Numbered from the stretch's first letter, positions 44,798 to 54,890 are shown. The stretch: 64,000 nt of DNA from Candidatus Woesebacteria bacterium (GCA_963749595.1 CAVVNJ010000010.1:65223-129222), one strand, 5' to 3'. Notes: a model not told the origin generated them from the sequence alone. Translations and numbers: made by a program.

Positions 44798-45136
44798 ATG
44801 ATTCTAACTAAATCGCAACCATTTTCGCTTGAGGAAATCGAACAGTTAAAAGAACAGTTCGAGGTTTACATTAAAACGGTTATTGATGTGGAAAAGAAAG
44901 TTTGTTCGGCCGGCATGGATCGACATTTTGAGGGTGAAGAAATCCTATTGGGTCAAGGTTCAAAACAGAGTGATGTTTGGGGTGGTGGAATCGATATCGA
45001 GACTAAGGAGATAGACTTTAACTCACTGATCAATGTTCGACCCAGGGATAACAATTCCAAAAACGAAATCCAGAACGAAACTATTAGAGGGCAATACAAA
45101 AAGCTGACCGAATATTTTTTCCAGAAATTATTATGA
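44798..45136 (+). CDS. Small conserved hypothetical protein (possibly DUF5674-like)
   Basis: 112 aa. The tgctatcat box lies 7 nt before the ATG. The family name is from memory only. Confidence 0.5.
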   Translation: MILTKSQPFSLEEIEQLKEQFEVYIKTVIDVEKKVCSAGMDRHFEGEEILLGQGSKQSDVWGGGIDIETKEIDFNSLINVRPRDNNSKNEIQNETIRGQYKKLTEYFFQKLL

Positions 45137-45411
45137 CTGACACATCACTATTGGCGGGATCACTTTCCAACGACCTTTTTCGGGTAGTTAATCTGCAGCA
45201 GCGGGGCTCGATGTTGGCCGCACAACGTTTTTTACAAGAGGCTAAGCGCTGGTCCGGACCGCTGGCGAAAAAAGCGGATAAGAAATACATCCGCACTATT
45301 GCCGAGCACATCAATCTAGCTGATCCGGAAGAAACAATGTCGATGGCTGAAATAGAAAAATATCTGATGTTTGGGGTTTTGTTACAGAATTACACGCTAC
45401 ATAATGCGTAG
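45133..45411 (+). CDS. Hypothetical protein
   Basis: 92-aa ORF with an ATGA overlap with the upstream gene. Confidence 0.5.
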   Translation: MTDTSLLAGSLSNDLFRVVNLQQRGSMLAAQRFLQEAKRWSGPLAKKADKKYIRTIAEHINLADPEETMSMAEIEKYLMFGVLLQNYTLHNA

Positions 45412-45483
45412 ATTCCAATACGTTCCACCAGTCCCGCTAAGCGACTATTTTCCATAAGATCTCCGCTCGGGTATGATGGACAC

Positions 45484-46095
45484 ATGGCAAAAACAAGAAT
45501 TCTTGATACCTCGTTAACAAGCCTGATTTTTCTATCCCTATTTTTTATTTCAGGAGTCGGTTTTGGATTGATTGCCAGAGGATCTTTTTGGCAGCAAAAA
45601 AACAGCGCGGCGGAGTCCGCCCAATCTGCGCCGGAAGAAGTAGTTCTAAATTCCGACTTAATTTACCAAAATGACGAATATGGTTTTTCATTACAATACC
45701 CGGAGGGGTCAATAATCGATACTGCGCCTAATCGGGATCGTATCCTGAAGATCGAGCCTCCGGCAGAATACACTCTTGCCGAAACTCAACTAACTATTCG
45801 GACCTTGGCAGAGCCCTTTGGCGAGTCTATCAATCGACTCATCAAGCAAGATAAACAAGAGGCGAGCAATAATCTATATACCGGTGTGTTAGTTGCCGAG
45901 ATTGATGGCCTACCAGCGAAGAGATTTTATACCATTGTTTGTCCAGAAAGAGGCAGTTGTGAAAAAACGAATAAATATTATGTCAATGCTCAGGGAATCA
46001 CTTATATAATTACCACGACAACTTTTGTGGACGGAGGCAATACTTCAATTAACGAGGATGCAACAGAAAGAATAGTTAATTCTTTAGACCTTTAG
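45484..46095 (+). CDS. Hypothetical membrane-anchored protein
   Basis: TM segment LIFLSLFFISGVGFGLI, then a YQNDEYGFSLQYP domain similar to that of 40238-40897. Confidence 0.6.
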   Translation: MAKTRILDTSLTSLIFLSLFFISGVGFGLIARGSFWQQKNSAAESAQSAPEEVVLNSDLIYQNDEYGFSLQYPEGSIIDTAPNRDRILKIEPPAEYTLAETQLTIRTLAEPFGESINRLIKQDKQEASNNLYTGVLVAEIDGLPAKRFYTIVCPERGSCEKTNKYYVNAQGITYIITTTTFVDGGNTSINEDATERIVNSLDL

Positions 46096-46625
46096 GGTCG
46101 CACGACCATGATGTTCGGATTGCCCCGTCCCTTTTGGGCCGTGTCGATGCCGTAGCCGTCTACCCAGAGGTCATCAATCCAGAAACCGACGTAATCAACC
46201 GTCGCCTCAACTTCTTGGGCCCCATTTTTCGCCAAAAGACAAATAACCGCCACTTCGGCAAAACCGGATTCGCTTTGCAAGACCTCGCGGGCCTTTTTGA
46301 TCGTGTGGCCTTTATCCAGAATATCTTCCACCAGTAGGGCTTTTTTATCGGTGAATTGTCCCGGTTTAATAAGAGTCATGATCTTTGGCTCGCGCGAGGA
46401 AGAAGTTTTGTCACCATAGGTTGAGATTTTGATTGAGGTTTGGGGAAGATCAAAATCGAGTGCGAATAAGGCTTGGGCGAGATCGACTCCGAAACGGGCG
46501 GCGCCTTCCATGACCAATACCAGAACCAGATTCTCGGCCGAGCCGTAGTCGGTGACGATTTGCTTGGCCAACTCTTGAACTCTTTTTTTAATTTGTTCAG
46601 CCGAAAAGAGTATTTCTTTTTTCAT
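46092..46625 (-). CDS. hpt: Hypoxanthine(-guanine) phosphoribosyltransferase
   Basis: PRPP motif ALLVEDILDKGHT. 177 aa. Confidence 0.85.
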   Translation of the reverse strand: MKKEILFSAEQIKKRVQELAKQIVTDYGSAENLVLVLVMEGAARFGVDLAQALFALDFDLPQTSIKISTYGDKTSSSREPKIMTLIKPGQFTDKKALLVEDILDKGHTIKKAREVLQSESGFAEVAVICLLAKNGAQEVEATVDYVGFWIDDLWVDGYGIDTAQKGRGNPNIMVVRP

Positions 46626-46701
46626 GACGCCTTATTTATTTATCTGTACCGGCAGTATAGATCAAAAATGATCGGAAAGATCACTGGTATACTGGGAGGA
46701 T

Positions 46702-47610
46702 ATGGAAACCAAAACCACTTTTATTTGGGTAAAAAAACACGCGCTGACCATTTTCTTGTTGGCTGTGGTTGTTGTTCTGGTCTCCAACCGGGTGAATGTC
46801 CAGACCAGGCTACAGGACCTTGAAATGAGTTCCGGCGGAGTCGGGGTTGGTCTCCAAGGCGCGCCGGAGTTGGGGTTGGCCAAGGATATGGCGGTAACCT
46901 CTTCTTTCTTGCCGCCTGAACCGATTTCGGTGCCACCGTTTTCTCAGGCCGACCGTTTAGTGATCACTAATTCATCGCTTTCATTACTGGTGAAGGATGT
47001 AGCTCAGTCCATGGAACAGATACGTCAGGGGGCCGAAGGACTGGGTGGTTTTCTAGTCGATTCCAGTCTAAATGCCCCAGAGGGAACGGACACGGGCAGT
47101 ATCGCAGTACGTGTGCCGGTTGAGAAATTGAGCGAGGCTCTAGCTGCCTTCCGTGGATTGGCGGTGCGAGTCACCAGCGAGCAGGTGACCGGCCAAGACG
47201 TGACCGATCAATTCGTTGATTTAACGGCGCGATTGGCGGTATTGGAAAAAACGAAAGCGAAGTTTGAGTTGATTCTTGACGAGGCCCGGACCGTTCAGGA
47301 GTCGCTGGAAGTCCAACGCGAATTGGTTAATTTGCAGTATCAGATTGATGCGGTTAAAGGCCAGCAAAAATACCTTGATGAATCAGCCAAAACGGTACGA
47401 ATCACTGCCTTTTTGTCGACCGATGAGCTCGCTTTGCCTTTTGCGCCGGAGGATGCCTGGCGGCCGGAAGCAGTTTTCCGCCAAGCCGTTCGTTCGCTGG
47501 TTGGAATGCTGCGCGGATTCGGATCGGTAGCAATCTGGGCCGTAGTTTTTGTCCCGCTTTGGTTGCCGGCGATCATCATTTTGCGTTGGTTACGCCGACG
47601 ATTCGCTTAG
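46702..47610 (+). CDS. DUF4349-like membrane protein
   Basis: N-terminal TM segment, VRVPVEKLSEAL..., DVTDQFVDLTARLAVLEK coiled coil, and C-terminal TM helices. Confidence 0.7.
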   Translation: METKTTFIWVKKHALTIFLLAVVVVLVSNRVNVQTRLQDLEMSSGGVGVGLQGAPELGLAKDMAVTSSFLPPEPISVPPFSQADRLVITNSSLSLLVKDVAQSMEQIRQGAEGLGGFLVDSSLNAPEGTDTGSIAVRVPVEKLSEALAAFRGLAVRVTSEQVTGQDVTDQFVDLTARLAVLEKTKAKFELILDEARTVQESLEVQRELVNLQYQIDAVKGQQKYLDESAKTVRITAFLSTDELALPFAPEDAWRPEAVFRQAVRSLVGMLRGFGSVAIWAVVFVPLWLPAIIILRWLRRRFA

Positions 47611-49329
47611 TCGACGCTGTCTTCGACGCAAATAAATTAGGGTGACACCCAAGAGAGTGGCCGCGATGGCCAGCGAAAAAGGCCAGGCCGTTACGGTTTC
47701 CTCAACAATAACCGGGCCGGTTTGAGCATTGCGAATGGTCGCTCGGATTCGGTATGGTCCGAAAGCAAAGAGCGGGTCATAGGTAAAGGGAGTGGCCATG
47801 GCAGAGCGGGGGTCGTCCCGCCGTTGCCGGGCCGCAAAAATTTCTCGGCTGCTGTTGGCCAAAATCCGGTCCGGTAGACCTGGTTGCTCGTGGACGATGT
47901 GGTCGCGCCAATCAAGGACCACAATTGAAAGATCCGGAGCGGCGACGGTCTGGCTGGTGTTTTCTACTTGGGGACGAACAATTAAAGTTTGCAGCGAATC
48001 GATTAGTTTGGGCAAACGAAGAAAATTTATTTTCCAAGATAGGGGTTCAAGATTGTCGCTGGTGACGCGGACTAAAAGGTTGGCCGCGACGGCGCCGCGC
48101 GCCTGGGCGCCGGAATCGTTGAGAGGATCTTCCGCGGTTGGTTTTGAGGAGAGCAGAAGCATAAAGTACCAATCCCGGCGCGCGGCGTCACTGGGAATAT
48201 CCAATCCCAAGACCAGTTGTTGACTGGTATGACTGGGCAGGACGAAGGGTTGGTTGAGTTGGCGATCGGCATTTTGCATTTTGGCATAAGGAAAAGTATT
48301 GGTTTCCAACAACATTGGATAGCCGGTCTGGCCATCAGCGCCAAAATCCTGCAGCGTGGGGACAATCTCGACGCCGGTGGCGCCGCTGTTTTCCAAAAGA
48401 AAAGCCTGAGTGACTAGTTTCCCAGGTTGGACCGCAATTTCTACCACCGTTGGGCTGAGGGACAATTCCCAAGGTGCGGTTTGTTGGGCGCGCGCGGCGC
48501 GCGGTACGGCCAACAGGGAAATTCCCATGAGCGCGGTGATTAAGATTCCGGCTAAACTTCGCCGCGCCGCGCGCGCCAGCCAAATCCAACCTGCCACCAC
48601 CATGGCCAAGGAGGCCCATTGAGCGATGGTCAGACCCCAGGGTCCAGCGGCTGAATCAAGTCGTAGCAACTCGAGTGAGAAACGCACGGTGCCATATCCC
48701 ACCAGATACATTCCGGTATACAGTCCGCTACCCATTTGAAAAAAAGGAGCCTTGGTTTTTCTTTGATAACGCCATAATAAATACAGTCCCAAGCCGATTA
48801 ACAAGGTGGCAATCGACTCATAAAGAAACAAAGGGTGATAGCGTTCGACTGATGAATATTGTGGCAGCCGGTGCGCCGGGTCGATCTTGATTGCCCAGGG
48901 CAAGGAGGTGGGCCGACCATACAGTTCTTGATTAAAATAGTTGCCCCACCGACCGATAGCCTGGCCGAAAGGAACGGCGACAAAAATGGCATCCAGCAGT
49001 TCGGACCAGCGCCAGGGCATTCGGGTTAATCGTTTTCCCAACCAGAGTCCGATCAGACCGCCGATGATGGCGCCGTAAATTCCCAAACCCCCCTGCCAAA
49101 TATATAGCGCCTCAAGAGGGTGTGATTGATAGAGGTGCCAGTCGGTAAAAACGTGATAAATCCGGGCGCCAATTAGTCCACCGATAAAGATGTTCCACGC
49201 CAGGAGGGTCAGACCTTCAGAGGTTTTACCTCTGGAAGGTCTGACCTTCTCGGCCAAGATGTGTTCGGCTAGCGAAAAGGAGGCCAAAAAAGCTATCCCA
49301 ATAATTAATCCATAAGGCGAGAAATTCAT
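47590..49329 (-). CDS. lgt: Prolipoprotein diacylglyceryl transferase fused to a roughly 300-aa extracytoplasmic C-terminal extension
   Basis: LYIWQGGLGIYGAIIGG and FGQAIGRWGNYFNQELYGRPT. The extra domain ends in a TM segment plus RRRQRR. Confidence 0.85.
   Translation of the reverse strand: MNFSPYGLIIGIAFLASFSLAEHILAEKVRPSRGKTSEGLTLLAWNIFIGGLIGARIYHVFTDWHLYQSHPLEALYIWQGGLGIYGAIIGGLIGLWLGKRLTRMPWRWSELLDAIFVAVPFGQAIGRWGNYFNQELYGRPTSLPWAIKIDPAHRLPQYSSVERYHPLFLYESIATLLIGLGLYLLWRYQRKTKAPFFQMGSGLYTGMYLVGYGTVRFSLELLRLDSAAGPWGLTIAQWASLAMVVAGWIWLARAARRSLAGILITALMGISLLAVPRAARAQQTAPWELSLSPTVVEIAVQPGKLVTQAFLLENSGATGVEIVPTLQDFGADGQTGYPMLLETNTFPYAKMQNADRQLNQPFVLPSHTSQQLVLGLDIPSDAARRDWYFMLLLSSKPTAEDPLNDSGAQARGAVAANLLVRVTSDNLEPLSWKINFLRLPKLIDSLQTLIVRPQVENTSQTVAAPDLSIVVLDWRDHIVHEQPGLPDRILANSSREIFAARQRRDDPRSAMATPFTYDPLFAFGPYRIRATIRNAQTGPVIVEETVTAWPFSLAIAATLLGVTLIYLRRRQRRLSESSA
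49205..49250. repeat. REP-like palindrome embedded in frame in the lgt coding sequence
   Basis: agggtcagaccttcagaggt-ttt-acctctggaaggtctgaccttct. It encodes EKVRPSRGKTSEGLT in the loop after TM1. Confidence 0.7.
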
Positions 49330-49874
49330 GGCGTGCCCCGAACCACTAACAGTCCGGCGGTCAATAGCAGACCATAGAGCAGATAGGCTCCGACCAGAAA
49401 GTTAACGGTCGGAGATCCGGCCGGAAATTGGTGAAAATAGGTGGTCTGGATGCGGGCGGCCTGGCCCCGAAAATAATCCATCATTTCCCACCAGTAAACA
49501 CTGGAAAGCCCCCAGAAGAAGCCTAGCCCCAGGGCCGCCCGCGTCGACGAGATTAAAAACAGGGCCAACACCGGTAGGAGCAAGATGACTATGCCTTGCC
49601 GCAGAGGTGAGCTATCGACGATTGGTGCGGAGGAAGCTTCGCCTAAGGGTAAACGGTGGTGGGCAGCCTGCTTAAGTTGGCTGTCGATTAAAAAAATAAA
49701 GTGGGCGAGAAAAACACCGGCCACAAAAAGGGCGGCCGAGAGAGCTGATCTAATTGGCTCTTCAACGGAAAACGACCGAGCCTCGCCGACTAGTAAACCA
49801 GTTATTAGCGTGACTAACAGATGTTGGTGTTGGGATCGCACTCCCGCAAGTGCGTCATGGACGGTGGTTGGCAT
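49326..49874 (-). CDS. Hypothetical polytopic membrane protein
   Basis: 182-aa ORF with several hydrophobic helices. Confidence 0.55.
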   Translation of the reverse strand: MPTTVHDALAGVRSQHQHLLVTLITGLLVGEARSFSVEEPIRSALSAALFVAGVFLAHFIFLIDSQLKQAAHHRLPLGEASSAPIVDSSPLRQGIVILLLPVLALFLISSTRAALGLGFFWGLSSVYWWEMMDYFRGQAARIQTTYFHQFPAGSPTVNFLVGAYLLYGLLLTAGLLVVRGTP

Positions 49875-50418
49875 CGCGCTCGGCCTCCGCCGAAGATGAA
49901 ATTAGGGGAAGATTAATGATCTCTATTCCCGCCTGAGCTAAACCGCGCTTGCGAGCCTGCCAACCGAAGCCAAGCAGGGCGCAGCCGCCGCCGACCAAAG
50001 CCAGCAAGACCTCAAAAACTCCTGAAACCGGTTGAGGTTGGGTGGTGGTGACCGTGGAAGTCGTGTCGGTGGTATCGGTGATCCCCCCGGCTGCCGCGGC
50101 AACGGTAATAGTACCCGTTAAGTTGGCGTCGTAAGCGGAATAGTAGGCGTAGGTTCCGGCGGTTGCAAGTGTAACGGTTTTGTTTGCACCCGGTCCGATG
50201 TCGCCGGTATTAAAACCAGCCGTTTCGGCAGTGCGGGCACTTTGGGTAGCGGTGTCGGAGTTAAGGAAAATAACTTGATCGCCGGCAGAAACTTGCAAGG
50301 TTGACGGAATGTAGGCAGTCGAGGTGATAGTGACTGAATAGGTGGCGGCCAAAGCTTTACCGATTGAGAAAGTCAGAATCAGTAAAAAAACCAGCAGTAA
50401 CTTCCCGGTTTTTATCAT
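49855..50418 (-). CDS. Cupredoxin-fold-like surface protein lacking obvious copper ligands, with a C-terminal anchor
   Basis: YIPSTLQVSAGDQVIFLNSD...GTYAYYSAYDANLTGTITV. A T-rich linker is followed by a TM segment and KRG. Confidence 0.5.
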   Translation of the reverse strand: MIKTGKLLLVFLLILTFSIGKALAATYSVTITSTAYIPSTLQVSAGDQVIFLNSDTATQSARTAETAGFNTGDIGPGANKTVTLATAGTYAYYSAYDANLTGTITVAAAAGGITDTTDTTSTVTTTQPQPVSGVFEVLLALVGGGCALLGFGWQARKRGLAQAGIEIINLPLISSSAEAERDANHRP

Positions 50419-50502
50419 GAGTTAATTCTAGAGATTATTTTCGGTGGAGACAACCCAAATAAAGGGCGTAACTCCTGATTGGATTTTTCACGACCATCTT
50501 CA

Positions 50503-50968
50503 CGAGTTTGGGATCTATATCTCCCCAGCGATTTGCCTCCCAAACTGTCCCCTCCAGAGACCTCTAATTACTCCTAAAGGTGACCCCAAACAGGTCCTAA
50601 TTCAAACCTTATGGGCAATAGAGGTCCAGTACTAGGTTAGTTTGAGTCCACCTGGGCAAACAAGGGCCATTTAGAGACCGTCGATCGGTCAAAAACCAAA
50701 GATACTGTCAGGATGAACTAGATTGCATAGTAGTCGATAAGCGGTTAGTACAACAGTTAATTGAACCCGCTAATGGGAACCATTCGCCCATTCTTGACCC
50801 TGATTTGCCCGTCGTGGCCAAGAAGGCACCGGGAACTGACCCTTTTTAACCCAAAGGTCCGTTATTGCACCCCAAGCAACCCTAAAATAAGACCTGTTCG
50901 GGGTGACTTTGGGGGACAGTTTGGGAGGCAAAATGCTGGGAGGGTATATATCCCCAGCCATAAACTCG
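50503..50968. repeat. Copy C of the long inverted-repeat intergenic element (best-defined, MITE-like)
   Basis: The left end is cgagtttgggatctatatctccccagcgatttgcctcccaaactgtcccc. The reverse complement of 50912-50968 is cgagtttatggctggggatatataccctcccagcattttgcctcccaaactgtcccc. Confidence 0.7.
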
Positions 50969-51111
50969 ACCATCCGGCTCCATACAAGTTTCAGGACTGA
51001 TTTCTATGTACTATTGTTAGAGGGTTGAAGCATAGTAAGATGCTTAGCATGAGCAAACCGGAACATCGTCGGGACTAATCCTTGACGATACCGGACTTAG
51101 GAGAACTTAGT

Positions 51112-51564
51112 ATGCGCCCTCTCGAAAACGATCGGTCCCCGGCGTCGGGAGCGGAGTTCCTCCCTTATTATTTCGTCGTTGACAGCGATATTAGGTCGGT
51201 TATCGATCAGCTTGAAAATCAACATCCAGAATTCACCCATAACAGCCATAGAGTGGGCCGGGTTGAAACATTCTGGTTCAGCAACGCCGAGGACGAGAGG
51301 AATTTTGAAGAGGCATTGCTAAAAAATGGCGTCGATTTTGAAAAAGAGTTTCGCCCATCCTATTTCTTGCTCAACTCGGAAAGTGCCCGGATGGTAAGCA
51401 ACGCCCTTTGGTCGGAGGATGATGATTTTGGCATTAATTCTACTCAGCAAGGAAACCAAGAAGTTCTCTGGGTCAAAACTCCTGATGCTGAGCGGCGGCT
51501 ACGGGCGAAACTTCGCGAGCTGCGGGTAAATGCGGATATTCGCGACTTTAACCCGCTTCAATAA
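51112..51564 (+). CDS. Hypothetical protein
   Basis: An aggag RBS lies 9 nt before the ATG at 51112 (the ORF opens at 51082). Confidence 0.55.
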   Translation: MRPLENDRSPASGAEFLPYYFVVDSDIRSVIDQLENQHPEFTHNSHRVGRVETFWFSNAEDERNFEEALLKNGVDFEKEFRPSYFLLNSESARMVSNALWSEDDDFGINSTQQGNQEVLWVKTPDAERRLRAKLRELRVNADIRDFNPLQ

Positions 51565-51574
51565 GTCGTTGAGT

Positions 51575-51877
51575 TTATTCCGACAATGTATTTTTTCTGG
51601 GGACCTCGGCCTCAAGCTGTTTCAATTTCCAGAGAAACAGGGCAGTTTTATTTCTCGCCTTGGCGTCCTTGACAAAATTTTGTGCTCGCTCGAGTAAGCC
51701 CCGCGGCTTATTTTTTACCAGACGCATGCACATGCCGACCGTCTTGGGGTCCGGAACACCTTTTAAATCGATGGCCAGGCGGTAAGCATAATCCTGAAAC
51801 TCCTGCGAAACGTATTTTCCGGAATCGCCGACTTTATAACGGGCCAATAAATCCGATAATGAATTGACGTCCGCCAT
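51575..51877 (-). CDS. Hypothetical small basic protein
   Basis: 100-aa ORF. Confidence 0.55.
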   Translation of the reverse strand: MADVNSLSDLLARYKVGDSGKYVSQEFQDYAYRLAIDLKGVPDPKTVGMCMRLVKNKPRGLLERAQNFVKDAKARNKTALFLWKLKQLEAEVPRKNTLSE

Positions 51878-51879
51878 GG

Positions 51880-53122
51880 CTACAGTTTAGCACCGGCCGA
51901 GACTTCGATTTCCCGCCGCAAACTTAAGCTGGCTAAAGCGCCGGCCAAGAAACTCAGGAAGACTAATGTCCAGTTCCAGCCGACCAGGAGCAAAATAATT
52001 CCCAGGGAAAAACCAAAAACCAAAGTTGAAGACAGTATGATTTCCCGATTGGCATAAAAAGCAAAGACGTTGTGCTGCCTCGATCGGAGTAACAGGGTGG
52101 CTGAAAACAAGGTGCCGTAAACGCTGGAGAGTAAACGATCAATCGTCTCGGTTACGACTAGCGCCAAGGGAATCTGGGCGAAAAAGACACGTGGCAACCA
52201 GAGAAGCCCCCAAAAAGCCCCGGCCGTAGCCTGAAGCCGGGACACCTTCCGGCCATCGAAAGCTAATCCGGAAAGGTAAACCAAAAGTAGGGAAAAGAGG
52301 GTCGCGCCGGAAAGAATGTAGCTGACTGTGGAGATCCGACCAAAGGTGACGAACAAGAACACCGGCCAGAGAACGTTCAACCCAATCTCTTCCCAGGCAT
52401 AACCAGCAATGCCCAGCACCAGGGTGCGGTCAGTCCGATGGCGAAGCATTTCCCAAAAGTCGGACCAATGCCAACTTAGATTGGTGCGGAAATTGGGGAT
52501 AAATAACAAAAGCACCGCTGACGCCGCTGCTAAACCCGCGCCGGTCAAGAAGACGCTCAAGTAGCCAAAATTCACCACCAGCCAAGCGGCCACCAAGGGA
52601 GCCGTGACCAAGGCTAGCTTGCTGACAAATTCCAACACGCCAACTTCTTCGCCGGCGTGTTTAGGTTTGGCCACCGAGGTGAAATAGGAAAAGTGACCGG
52701 TCCAGTACAGAAATACGCCGATTCCCTGCAAAATAGCCGCTACCGGAAAAAGCCAGGGAAACGAACGGATAAAAGGAAAGAGACAGAGAAAGGCGATGCG
52801 GAAAAATTGGCCGACCATCATCGCGTGACTCATTCCCAGGATTCGGAACAACGCCGATAGCGGTTGTGCCAGGACTAGAACCGTTACACGCTCGAGTAAA
52901 TAAAACAACAAAACGGCCAACAGGCCCGCTCGCAACGGCTCGGTGAAAAATCGAGTAATGAAAGAATAGCTCCCGACCGAATTCAAATAGTGCAACCGGG
53001 GTGGCAATGACTAGCAAGGCATCAGCCGCGCGCAGGGCAAAACTATGGGTGTAAAAACCCTTCAGTTCTTTGGGTAGAAAATGCGGGCGCAGGTGAAATT
53101 GAAGCGGGAAGCGGAGGGGCAT
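51880..53122 (-). CDS. MFS-type transporter with a frame break near its 5' end (about 52985-53007)
   Basis: Two overlapping ORFs (51880-53007 and 52661-53122) jointly give a roughly 12-TM protein. Confidence 0.6.
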
Positions 53123-53127
53123 AGCCT

Positions 53128-53705
53128 TTACTCTAGCACGACGTAGGGCAACTCCTCGGATAGAGTAATGATGGTCTTTTTGATCGCGGCGGTTTCTTCG
53201 TTGCTAAGGGATTGGAGAACGTACGCCTGACCGGGAATGGTACGTTGGCCGCCTCGACTATCGACGCCGATACGCGCCACCCAAAACTGATTGGTGTTCA
53301 GGTGTAGCGCAGACTATTGAGACCGTTGTGTATCTTCGGTCCGGAGTCGAACTGCAGCTTGTATTGTCCGGAGGTCAAATCGAGATCGTCGTGGAACACG
53401 ATCAGGTTCGGGGTAGGGTTCGCAATCCGTGACTGGGATCGCGGTGTAAGTACCAGCGCGCCGCGGCGGCGACGGAGCGGCCGGATTCGTTCATGAACGT
53501 TTGTGGTTTGAGCAAGATCAGCTCGTCGCCGCCGCGGCGCAACCGCAAAACCTCGGCCTCAATTTTTTTCTCCATTTTCCATTCCAATTTAACGTTGGAT
53601 CGGACCAAAGTCGGACCAGTTCGTCGAGCGCCAGCCAGCCGACGTTGTGGCGGGAGCGGTGATAGGCATCACCCGGATTGCCGAGGCCAACCAGGAGATA
53701 GCGAC
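53128..53705 (-). pseudogene. pth: Peptidyl-tRNA hydrolase, at least 3 frame changes and no clear start codon
   Basis: [46 protein letters not shown]...HNGLNSL and ARIGVDSRG...EETAAIKK lie in different frames. Confidence 0.7.
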
Positions 53706-54890
53706 TCAGATTTCCTCCTCGTCGGATTGCTGATAGGAATCAATGGCGCTGCGGTAAACCTTTTCGTATAACGGAATTAATCGGTCGGGGTGAAAACGTT
53801 GGGCCTGGTCAAAGGCTTTTTGCCGCAAAGGGGCAAGATCTTTCTGACTAATGGCGATCATCTTTTTGGCCACCGCCGCGACGGCCTTTTCCCGATTAGC
53901 GGTGTCCGGAACCAATAAACCGGCGGAGCCGACCAGCTCGGTGTTGGCCCGCGAGGCTAAGGCAATGACTGGCAGTTGGTGGGCCATTGCCTCCGGGGTG
54001 GTATAGCCAAAAGTTTCAAACCGGCTCAGCGTCACGAAAACGTCGCCCTGGTGATATAACCGCTTGGTAATTAATTCATGATGTGGGATTTTGCCGAACC
54101 AGCGAATTGCATCACTAATCTTTAGTTCCAAGCTCAGCGCGAACAGAGCTTGCCGTTCCGGACCGTCACCGATAATTACCAATTCCGCGTCTGGCAGTTT
54201 CTTTTTAGCCAGGGCAAAAGCGTGGATTAGTAAATCAACCCGCTTTTCCGGACTGAGCCGGCCGACAAACAAAAATGATTTTGCCCGCGGGTTATGGCTG
54301 GGGTGCTGGGCAAAGCTTTCCGGGGACAAAGGGTTGGAGCAAACGATAATCGGCTCCGGGGTTCCATGTTCGCGGAGATCGCTGGCCACAAACTGAGAGG
54401 GAGCAATCGTGGCGTCGCACCACCGGCTGAGAACGCGGTTCAGCCGCCAGCCACCTTGGCTGATAATCCGGGCCAAGCGGGCGTTGCGAATTCCGATGAT
54501 TTTCATGGCTTCTTCGTCCATGAAGTAGGTGTGAAAGGTCTGAATTAGCGGTATTTTCAATCGTTTGCTAACGAGAAATCCTTCCAATCCAACACTGAGT
54601 GGGGTATGAACATGAACGACTTCCGGTGAAAATTCCTTGATGTCATTGAGGAATAAGGGCAGACTGGTACCCAGCCTGAAATCGGGGTAAATCACCACGT
54701 CGACTGATCTCACATATTTAACCGTCACGTTAGGATGCAAAAAACTGAGATCGACCGGCTCTTTGGGACTGGGCGCCTGCACGAAAACCTGGTGCCCGGC
54801 CTCGGCGAGCGCGTTAGCTAGAATTATCACCGCCGTGGCCACGCCGCTGACAATCGGATAAAAAGCGTCGGTATACATGGCGATGCGCAT
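53706..54890 (-). CDS. GT4-family glycosyltransferase
   Basis: [21 protein letters not shown] and ...[20 protein letters not shown]. The ORF is intact. Confidence 0.85.
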   Translation of the reverse strand: MRIAMYTDAFYPIVSGVATAVIILANALAEAGHQVFVQAPSPKEPVDLSFLHPNVTVKYVRSVDVVIYPDFRLGTSLPLFLNDIKEFSPEVVHVHTPLSVGLEGFLVSKRLKIPLIQTFHTYFMDEEAMKIIGIRNARLARIISQGGWRLNRVLSRWCDATIAPSQFVASDLREHGTPEPIIVCSNPLSPESFAQHPSHNPRAKSFLFVGRLSPEKRVDLLIHAFALAKKKLPDAELVIIGDGPERQALFALSLELKISDAIRWFGKIPHHELITKRLYHQGDVFVTLSRFETFGYTTPEAMAHQLPVIALASRANTELVGSAGLLVPDTANREKAVAAVAKKMIAISQKDLAPLRQKAFDQAQRFHPDRLIPLYEKVYRSAIDSYQQSDEEEI

